A stretch of DNA of 64,000 nucleotides from Ekhidna sp. (GTDB lineage: Bacteria; Bacteroidota; Bacteroidia; Cytophagales; Cyclobacteriaceae), in the NCBI GenBank assembly GCA_965267215.1, contig OZ253940.1, positions 2,478,097 to 2,542,096 of the forward strand, given 5' to 3'. The translations under genes and the position numbers were made by a program. The notes under the pieces are model-generated. The model had not been told where the DNA came from. It saw only the letters and a list, made by a program, of their open reading frames with translations, and ran no database searches. Positions 57,088 to 64,000 of the stretch are shown here, piece after piece (the stretch's first letter is position 1; every line of letters starts with the position of its first letter).

Positions 57088-57543
57088 TTACGTGTTACCT
57101 GCCTCAAAAGCTTCATCTACTTTAAGATTTTTTTGTTCAGCAGCCTCTACAGCTAGTTGATCGCATCGCTCGTTCTCCGGATGACCAGCATGGCCTTTCA
57201 CCCATTGAAATTTCACATCATGAGGTGCTGAAGCTTTCAAATACCTCTCCCACAAATCTCTGTTCTTTTTTCCTTTAAAATTCTTTATCACCCAATTTTT
57301 TAACCATCCTTTCTCAACCGCATCCACAACATACTTACTATCTGAGACAACCAGTACCTTCCAACCTGGTTTTTTTATGGCCTCCAGCCCAATAATGACC
57401 GCAAGTAACTCCATGCGGTTATTTGTGGTGTTTCTAAATCCTTCAGAGAGCTCTTTTTCTTTGTCTCCGTACTTGAGGATCGTACCGTATCCTCCAGGAC
57501 CAGGATTACCCTTAGCAGCTCCATCAGTAAACATTTTTATCAT
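57088..57543 (-). CDS. rnhA: Ribonuclease HI
   Basis: FTDGAAKGNPGPGG, TTNNRMEL, SDSKYV, WVKGHAGHPENERCD. Confidence 0.96.
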   Translation of the reverse strand: MIKMFTDGAAKGNPGPGGYGTILKYGDKEKELSEGFRNTTNNRMELLAVIIGLEAIKKPGWKVLVVSDSKYVVDAVEKGWLKNWVIKNFKGKKNRDLWERYLKASAPHDVKFQWVKGHAGHPENERCDQLAVEAAEQKNLKVDEAFEAGNT

Positions 57544-58109
57544 GTTAGTAGGTGATTTTTGAAGATCTTAATTGAAATAGCTAATAAAACGATACCGAAA
57601 ACTTTCCTTAGGATATTGAATCCTGCTTTTCCAATTTTCCTTTCAAGCCAACCACATGTCTTTAATACAACATATACAAACAATAGATTGACTGCTACTC
57701 CCACCAAAATATTTGCAGTAGAATATTCTGCTTTCAATGATACCAAGGTTGTCATTGTTCCTGCACCTGCAATTAAAGGAAATGCCAATGGAACTATAGA
57801 GGCACTTTGGGATTCTTCAGGATCCGATCTGAAAAACTGAAGTCCAAGAATCATTTCCATTCCTAACAAAAACATAATTATTGCACCTGCAATTGCAAAG
57901 GAGCTGATATCAATTCCAAAAAGTTTCAGAATACTTTCTCCCAGAAAAAGGAAAATGACCATGATAATCCCTGAAACTAAGGTGGCTTTTTCCGACTGAA
58001 CATGACCAAATTTTTTTCTGAGATCTATGATAATAGGTACACTACCCAGGATATCTATTACAGAGAATAGAATGAGTGAAACACTAATTATTTCTTTAAA
58101 ATTGAACAT
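57540..58109 (-). CDS. marC: MarC-family membrane protein
   Basis: PLAFPLIAGAGTMT; six TM segments. Confidence 0.88.
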   Translation of the reverse strand: MFNFKEIISVSLILFSVIDILGSVPIIIDLRKKFGHVQSEKATLVSGIIMVIFLFLGESILKLFGIDISSFAIAGAIIMFLLGMEMILGLQFFRSDPEESQSASIVPLAFPLIAGAGTMTTLVSLKAEYSTANILVGVAVNLLFVYVVLKTCGWLERKIGKAGFNILRKVFGIVLLAISIKIFKNHLLT

Positions 58110-58286
58110 TCAACTGCGTATTTTCTAAAAATTAACACAAAACTAATATGCCATATGGCCGTATTAGCATAAAAAATGATTCATTTTGCAAACATTTTTT
58201 CAGATCACCGGCAAAAACCGAATGGCATTATTTTCGCCTGCTATATTTGAAATGAAAAGGCATACCTGGATAACTCAATAAAGGAC

Positions 58287-59594
58287 ATGATGAAATACAC
58301 ATTATCCGCACTTTTAGTGCTCATATCTATTTTTTCCTTTGCTCAAGAAGGTTGGAACTGGCCCGAAGATCCGAATTTGAAGAGCGAAGCAATGGAAAAA
58401 CAAGCGTATTATAAAATTCTGATTGCGCAAAGTAAGTTTGAAGAAGCCATGGGGCCTCTTAACTGGCTTTATGAAAACAATCCAAACTTAAATCCTTCCA
58501 TCTACATTCAGGGCGTTGATTGTCTCGAGGATATCATCAAGAAAACTACTGATAAGGCGCGAAAAGAACGATTGCAAGATTCTGTACTTTGGATGTACGA
58601 TCAGCGTATTAAGCACTTTGATAATGATGCCTCCACCATAGACAGAAAAGCCTACGAAGCATTCAAGCTTTATTATAAAAGCCCTACTAAGTATGCTATG
58701 CTGGCAGACCTATATGCTCAGGCTTATGAAATGAATGGACCCGAAATTTCAACATTCAATCTCAACACATATATGCTGTTGGCCAAGAATTATCATCAAG
58801 TTGCCCCGGATAAAATGCCTGCCGAAAAGGTATTAGACATTCACACGCAGATTTCGGACATCATTGAAGCCAAAAGAAAAAATGGTGAAAGTGCTGCGAA
58901 GCTTGACAAGGAGCAATCAAAAACTGATGCATGGCTAAGTTCAATTGAGGGTGTTCTAACGTGTGATTTTATTGAAGAAAAGCTTGTTCCAAAATTCAGA
59001 GCGAACCCTCAAGACATAAATAATGCTAAAAAAATCTTCAAATATTCTCTTGATGCCAAATGCACTGATCAACCCTATTGGTTAGAGGCAAGTGAAACCG
59101 TTTACAAAGAGCAACCATCTTACAAACTTGCCGTCACACTTGGTAATAAATACAATGCGAGTAATGAACCTACGAAAGCACTCCAATATCATGAAGAAGC
59201 AGAAAAACTTGCTAGTGGAAATGATGAAAAATATGACGCTTTAATAGGTCAGGCTTCCGCCAACAGTAAGCTTGGTAACAAATCTCGTGCACGAACCCTT
59301 GCCTATGAAGCACTAAGTGCAAAGCCAGGTAGCTCTGAAGCATATAATCTAATTGGTAATCTTTATTTCACAAGCTACGATGACTGCCGGGCAGACCAAA
59401 GCAGGGTAAAAGACAGGGCCGTATTCCTGGCTGCATATAAAATGTATGAAAAAGCCGATAACAGGTCCCAAATGGCAGCTTCCAAAGAACAATTCCCTTC
59501 CATCGAGGAAATATTTAATGAAGGTATGGAGGAAGGTCAAACCATAACGGTAGGTTGTTGGATCAATGAATCAGTTGAACTCAAGAGAAGGTAA
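58287..59594 (+). CDS. Secreted TPR-containing protein
   Basis: Signal peptide; TPR-like repeats; C-terminal VGCWINESV; -7 box TATATTTG at 58242-58249. Confidence 0.75.
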   Translation: MMKYTLSALLVLISIFSFAQEGWNWPEDPNLKSEAMEKQAYYKILIAQSKFEEAMGPLNWLYENNPNLNPSIYIQGVDCLEDIIKKTTDKARKERLQDSVLWMYDQRIKHFDNDASTIDRKAYEAFKLYYKSPTKYAMLADLYAQAYEMNGPEISTFNLNTYMLLAKNYHQVAPDKMPAEKVLDIHTQISDIIEAKRKNGESAAKLDKEQSKTDAWLSSIEGVLTCDFIEEKLVPKFRANPQDINNAKKIFKYSLDAKCTDQPYWLEASETVYKEQPSYKLAVTLGNKYNASNEPTKALQYHEEAEKLASGNDEKYDALIGQASANSKLGNKSRARTLAYEALSAKPGSSEAYNLIGNLYFTSYDDCRADQSRVKDRAVFLAAYKMYEKADNRSQMAASKEQFPSIEEIFNEGMEEGQTITVGCWINESVELKRR

Positions 59595-59614
59595 CTTTAG
59601 GAGCAATGAAACTT

Positions 59615-59644
59615 AAAGCTCTGCTGTAATGGCAGAGCTTTTTT
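59615..59644 (+). terminator. Intrinsic terminator
   Basis: AAAGCTCTGC-N7-GCAGAGCTTT followed by a T tract. Confidence 0.85.
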
Positions 59645-59655
59645 AGTTTTAAGGA

Positions 59656-60570
59656 ATGGTTAGGTTTATAGGAATTGTTTGCATCATTGGTTTTTCTGTA
59701 ATTGCAAAAGCTCAATCGGTAGTCGTTTTAGGTATTGCCCAGGATGGTGGCTTCCCTCACATAGGATGCCAAAATGAATGCCTTAAAGCTCACAAGAACC
59801 CAGATCTAGCGAGACACATTACTTCACTTGCTGTAATCGACCCGGAGAATAAAAAATGGTGGTTGTTTGAAGCCACTCCTCATCTGGATAAGCAGCTCCA
59901 ATATTTTAGAGACCTGACAGATGAAACGTATCCTTACCTTCCAGAAGGAATCTTTCTTTCGCATGCCCATATTGGACACTATGCAGGTCTCATATTTTTA
60001 GGACGTGAAGCTTTTGGAGCCAAGGGGATCAAAGTTTATGCCCTTCCTAAGTTGACAGACTTTCTTAAAAGAAACGGACCGTGGAGTCAACTCGTAGAAT
60101 TGAATAACATTGAATTACAAACACTGCCTGAAGATCTTGCTGTAGTCCTGAATGACAATGTTTCCGTTGAAGCTTTTACCGTTCCTCACCGTGATGAGTT
60201 TTCGGAAACAGCCGGTTTCAAAATTAACACAAGAAGAAAAAACCTGCTTTTCATTCCGGACATAGACAAGTGGCAAAAATGGGATCAGGACATTGTCGAG
60301 CTCGTAAAATCTGATGAAATTGACTATGCTTTCATAGACGCTACCTTCTTCAAAAATGGAGAGCTTCCCAATCGGGCAATGGAAGAAGTCCCACATCCAT
60401 TTGTAGTAGAAACAATGGAATTATTTAAAAATGAGTACCGATCAATCAAAAGAAAAATTCAGTTCATCCACATGAACCATACCAATCCCCTACTTTTTGA
60501 TAAGCGAACTCAAATTGATGTCATGAAGGAGGGTTATGGAATCGCTATCCAAGGTAGAATTTACAGGTGA
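59656..60570 (+). CDS. PqqB-like metallo-beta-lactamase-fold hydrolase
   Basis: LGIAQDGGFPHIGC, SHAHIGHY, VPHRDE, DATFF, FIHMNHTNP. Confidence 0.85.
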   Translation: MVRFIGIVCIIGFSVIAKAQSVVVLGIAQDGGFPHIGCQNECLKAHKNPDLARHITSLAVIDPENKKWWLFEATPHLDKQLQYFRDLTDETYPYLPEGIFLSHAHIGHYAGLIFLGREAFGAKGIKVYALPKLTDFLKRNGPWSQLVELNNIELQTLPEDLAVVLNDNVSVEAFTVPHRDEFSETAGFKINTRRKNLLFIPDIDKWQKWDQDIVELVKSDEIDYAFIDATFFKNGELPNRAMEEVPHPFVVETMELFKNEYRSIKRKIQFIHMNHTNPLLFDKRTQIDVMKEGYGIAIQGRIYR

Positions 60571-61754
60571 AATCCATGTCTTTAAATATCAACCAGATTC
60601 GAAATGATATATCCAACTATGGAGAAAAGATTTTCCTGAACAGTGCGGGTTCTTCTTTATCACCAGCGGTTGTCAATAAAAGAGTTAAAAAACATTTGGA
60701 CCTGGAAGAAAAAGTAGGGGGATATTCAGCGGCAGAAATGATGGAAGAAGAGATTTTACTCTTTTATCAAGAGGCATCACAATTGATTGGATGTCGATCA
60801 GAAAATATTGCTTTTACCAATAATGCTACTGATTCATATCTCAGGGCACTATTTTCATTTGACTATAAAGTGGATGATGTCATAATCACTACAGATGACG
60901 ATTATGCATCCAATCATATTCATTTCATCTCTCTAAGAAATTCCTACGGGATCAAGGTATTGAGAATTGCCAACCTGGAGAATGGAGATTTGGATATTGA
61001 TCATTTCAAGGAATTAATATCCAAGCATCACCCCAAACTTATAGCAATCACCCATGTACCAACCAATTCGGGTCTTGTACAAAATGTTAAGGAAATTGGG
61101 GAGACCGCTTACAATAGTAACATCCCTTTTCTGCTAGACGCGTGTCAGTCGATAGGACAACTTACACTGGATGTACAAGAATTAAAATGTGATTTTCTCT
61201 CAGCGACTGGACGTAAATTTTTAAGAGGCCCGAGGGGAACTGGATTCCTGTATGTATCTGACCGAATGTTGGAATCAAACACGATTCCCTTAATGATAGA
61301 TGGAAAAGGAGCTATTTGGAATAAAGTAGATAACTATCGCGTGATCGAAGGAGCGAAAAGGTATGAAATGTGGGAAAAATCATATGCTTTACAGCTTGGA
61401 TTGATGGAGGCCATCAAATACGCTAACGAGATTGGATTGGATCAAATTGAAGCTTACAGTGCAAAGCTCATGAAACAATTCAGAGAAAATCTAACTGGAC
61501 TTAAAGGGATTAATCTATATGATGGAGGTAGGCAAAAATGCAACATATTGACCCTTCAAAAAGAAGGGAAATCAATGGATGAGATTCAAAACGTGCTAAC
61601 CCAAAATCAAATTTTTCACAGCGTCAGTGAAAAAGAATGGGGATTTATTGATTTCTCCAAGAAAGGAGTGGAATGGGTTATTCGATTATCCCCTCACTAC
61701 TTCAACACCTTCGATGAAATAGATAAAGCATCCGAAATAATCGATTCCATTTGA
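60567..61754 (+). CDS. Class V PLP-dependent enzyme, EgtE-like C-S lyase subfamily
   Basis: FLNSAGSS, EEKVGGYSAA, LLDACQSIGQ, SATGRKFLRGPRG; no C-terminal persulfide Cys motif. Start is GTG 60567 or ATG 60576. Confidence 0.85.
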   Translation: MKSMSLNINQIRNDISNYGEKIFLNSAGSSLSPAVVNKRVKKHLDLEEKVGGYSAAEMMEEEILLFYQEASQLIGCRSENIAFTNNATDSYLRALFSFDYKVDDVIITTDDDYASNHIHFISLRNSYGIKVLRIANLENGDLDIDHFKELISKHHPKLIAITHVPTNSGLVQNVKEIGETAYNSNIPFLLDACQSIGQLTLDVQELKCDFLSATGRKFLRGPRGTGFLYVSDRMLESNTIPLMIDGKGAIWNKVDNYRVIEGAKRYEMWEKSYALQLGLMEAIKYANEIGLDQIEAYSAKLMKQFRENLTGLKGINLYDGGRQKCNILTLQKEGKSMDEIQNVLTQNQIFHSVSEKEWGFIDFSKKGVEWVIRLSPHYFNTFDEIDKASEIIDSI

Positions 61755-61783
61755 TTGCGTTATTGATAGGTAACCTAACAATC

Positions 61784-62479
61784 ATGAAATTAATCTTTTC
61801 CATTCTTTTTTCAATGCTTATCTCGTCCTACTCACTAGGCCAGTCATATAAAATATTAGTAGCGAAAAAAGTCCATCATATTGATGGCAACAAAGTGAAA
61901 AAGGGGGGTTACCTGTTAGGGTCTGACTCCATTCAAATCAAAGAAAAAGGCGAATTGACTTTGGATGTAGAATCCGCCATGCATTTGAGATTAGGCTCTG
62001 GATTCTACATCGTAGGCAAAGAGAGTAAGCGTCTCAACGATTGGTACAATCAGCACTTAACTTTAACCAATGAACTTAAAAGAAAGAATCTGATTTCATG
62101 CAAGTTCAAATACAAAACATTGGTCGTGCCAGGCAGTAGCCGCCATTACGAGATTGACAGGATTGAGGTTGACCAGAAAGGCATTGCTGTCATAAAGGAT
62201 GATACAGCTTCTCTCAAAATAACATGGGCAAATCCAGAGTATAAGTTCAATGGAACGTACCACATTATTGTAAGGGATTTCCACAACCACGGATTCATAG
62301 ACATCCTGGAGACAGAAGATAGCTTCATCACTCTCTACCCAGCGAAGTATGGCCATAAGCACATGTATTATACTGTCTTAGCTGGTAATTGCAGAGCTAG
62401 CTTAAGGTATAAAATAGATGTGAGAACTCTTGATACTTACACCTATGGAGAAACCAACTTCCTTCAGCCAGACAATTAG
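61784..62479 (+). CDS. Hypothetical secreted beta-rich protein
   Basis: Signal peptide from ATG 61784; long ORF filling the gap before murA. Confidence 0.6.
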   Translation: MKLIFSILFSMLISSYSLGQSYKILVAKKVHHIDGNKVKKGGYLLGSDSIQIKEKGELTLDVESAMHLRLGSGFYIVGKESKRLNDWYNQHLTLTNELKRKNLISCKFKYKTLVVPGSSRHYEIDRIEVDQKGIAVIKDDTASLKITWANPEYKFNGTYHIIVRDFHNHGFIDILETEDSFITLYPAKYGHKHMYYTVLAGNCRASLRYKIDVRTLDTYTYGETNFLQPDN

Positions 62480-63783
62480 TTTATACGCTCTATTTTAGCC
62501 CCTAAAGCATTCAATCGCTTATCTATGAATTGATAGCCTCGATCAATCTGATCAATATTGTGAATGGTACTCACACCCTCTGCCGACATAGCAGCAATGA
62601 GCAGAGACACTCCAGCCCTGATATCTGGTGAAGTCATAGTGATTCCCCGAAGGGGGTACGCTCTATCCAGACCGATAACAGTAGCTCGGTGGGGATCACA
62701 AAGAATGATTTGCGCCCCCATATCTATCAATTTATCCACAAAAAACAAACGGCTCTCAAACATTTTTTGATGAATCAATGCAGTACCCTTTGCTTGTGTA
62801 GCAGTCACGAGAATTACGCTTAATAAATCTGGTGTCAAACCAGGCCAAATAGCATCTGCGATGGTCAATATTGAGCCATCAATGTACGAATCAATCTCGT
62901 AATGATCCTGCTTAGGAATGTGAATGTCATCGCCTTTAAAATGCATTTTGATACCCAGCCGCTTGAACGTTTCAGGGATGATTCCGAGCTCCTCAATTCT
63001 GGCGTCCTTGATCGTTAGGTCAGATTTAGTCATGGCTGCCATACCAATGAAGCTTCCTACCTCAATCATATCAGGTAGCATGGTATGTTCCGTTCCATTC
63101 AATGATCTAACCCCTTCTATTCTCAGCAGATTAGATCCGACTCCCTCGAGCTGGGCTCCCATTCTAATCAACATCCGACAAAGCTGTTGGATATAGGGTT
63201 CACAGGCGGCATTATAAATGGTTGTAAGCCCTTCAGCCATTACTGCTGCCATGATGATATTAGCAGTACCTGTTACAGAAGCTTCATCCAACAGCATATA
63301 AGATCCCTTCAGATCCCTCCCATCAACTGTATAAAATGAAGTGGCTGAATCATAATTGAATTTTGCACCCAGATTCTGAAAGCCTACAAAGTGTGTATCA
63401 AGCCTTCGCCTTCCTATCTTATCTCCCCCGGGTTTAGGCATCTTACCTGTACCAAATCTTGCCAAGAGCGGCCCGAGGATCATAATTGAACCTCTTAATG
63501 ATGAAGCTTTATCTTTAAAATCTTCTGTGTCCAGAAAGTCCAGATTCACATTCGAAGCTTTGAATGCATAGGATTCATCTCCTGTTTTTGAAACATCTAC
63601 TCCTAAGTCTTTGAGCAGATCAATGAGTTTCAGTACATCACGTATTTGAGGAATTTTGTGAATTGTCACTTCCTGATCCGTCAACAAAACTGCTGATATG
63701 ATCTGCAGAGCTTCGTTCTTAGCTCCCTGAGGGATGATTTCACCATTGAGCGAGTGACCGCCTTCTACTCGGAAAGATGACAT
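62476..63783 (-). CDS. murA: UDP-N-acetylglucosamine 1-carboxyvinyltransferase
   Basis: GAKNEAL, LRGSIMILGPLLARFG, PGGDKIGRRRLDTH (Asp at the fosfomycin Cys position), SPDIRAG, IDRGY. Confidence 0.96.
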   Translation of the reverse strand: MSSFRVEGGHSLNGEIIPQGAKNEALQIISAVLLTDQEVTIHKIPQIRDVLKLIDLLKDLGVDVSKTGDESYAFKASNVNLDFLDTEDFKDKASSLRGSIMILGPLLARFGTGKMPKPGGDKIGRRRLDTHFVGFQNLGAKFNYDSATSFYTVDGRDLKGSYMLLDEASVTGTANIIMAAVMAEGLTTIYNAACEPYIQQLCRMLIRMGAQLEGVGSNLLRIEGVRSLNGTEHTMLPDMIEVGSFIGMAAMTKSDLTIKDARIEELGIIPETFKRLGIKMHFKGDDIHIPKQDHYEIDSYIDGSILTIADAIWPGLTPDLLSVILVTATQAKGTALIHQKMFESRLFFVDKLIDMGAQIILCDPHRATVIGLDRAYPLRGITMTSPDIRAGVSLLIAAMSAEGVSTIHNIDQIDRGYQFIDKRLNALGAKIERIN

Positions 63784-63879
63784 TATTTAGTGATTAGTTA
63801 ATTCGTGGATTCCTAGATGACAAATAAAGAATGACCTAACTAAATCACCAATCAACTATTCAACTATTTCACTAAAAAG

Positions 63880-64000
63880 TTAATTTCTTCTTCGCTTGCC
63901 TCCTTGATTGTTGCGACGATTTTTTCCACCCTGATTGTTGCGACGACCTTTATTACTGCTGCTTCGTCTACTCGTATGCTTCTTATCAGAATCGAAAAGA
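63880..64000 (-). CDS. C-terminal fragment of the gene upstream of murA (probably DUF4290 family)
   Basis: Open frame LFDSDKKHTSRRSSSNKGRRNNQGGKNRRNNQGGKRRRN*, stop at 63880-63882. The DUF4290 call rests only on its usual position next to murA in Bacteroidota. Confidence 0.55.
   Translation of the reverse strand, partial: LFDSDKKHTSRRSSSNKGRRNNQGGKNRRNNQGGKRRRN

Noticed and set aside
63851-63950. Short tandem repeats (TCAACTAT twice; 27-nt RRNNQGGK duplication)
   Set aside because: Low-complexity intergenic sequence and a disordered basic protein tail; not a CRISPR or mobile repeat.
1-64000. CRISPR arrays, tRNA or rRNA genes, riboswitches, transposases, integrases, anti-phage systems, in-frame Sec (TGA) read-through
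   Set aside because: None recognised by eye. Infernal, tRNAscan-SE and DefenseFinder runs would be needed to exclude them formally.

Overview
AT-rich bacterial chromosome segment from a Bacteroidota genome. The gene set (porT, DUF4249 plus TonB receptor, DUF2911, DUF6588, DUF5606, TAnnTTTG promoters) points to a marine Cytophagales-like organism; this is an inference from gene content. There are about 65 CDSs, two of them running off the window edges. I saw no rRNA, tRNA, CRISPR array, integrase or transposase. Housekeeping genes include hslV, pdhC, rsgA, ahpC, lysC, fbp, yihA, menG, porT, rnhA and murA. Accessory modules include N-glycan use (glycosylasparaginase, GH92, sugar MFS), MarR with a PLP decarboxylase, AraC with a hydrolase, LytS/LytTR with DUF2911, an ECF-FecR-TonB-DUF4249 unit, and PadR with two tandem MacB-like permeases and an S41 peptidase. 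Main observations: (1) an ECF sigma factor with a Cys-rich C-terminal extension and no anti-sigma gene; the same motif TTCTGTCACAC-N13-GGATA precedes both its own gene and the neighbouring SDR/tandem-DUF1330 operon, suggesting its promoter and a mini-regulon. (2) Two translationally coupled apparent pseudo-enzymes sit directly upstream of the ECF-FecR-TonB unit: a SRAP/YedK homologue lacking the catalytic Cys, Glu and His, and a beta-lactamase-fold lipoprotein lacking SxxK and YxN. (3) Several operator-like repeats (MarR, PadR, LytTR, PerR, AraC) can be read directly from the sequence. (4) Two genes are broken by homopolymer indels, which may be real or assembly errors. All family assignments come from motif recognition without database searches.
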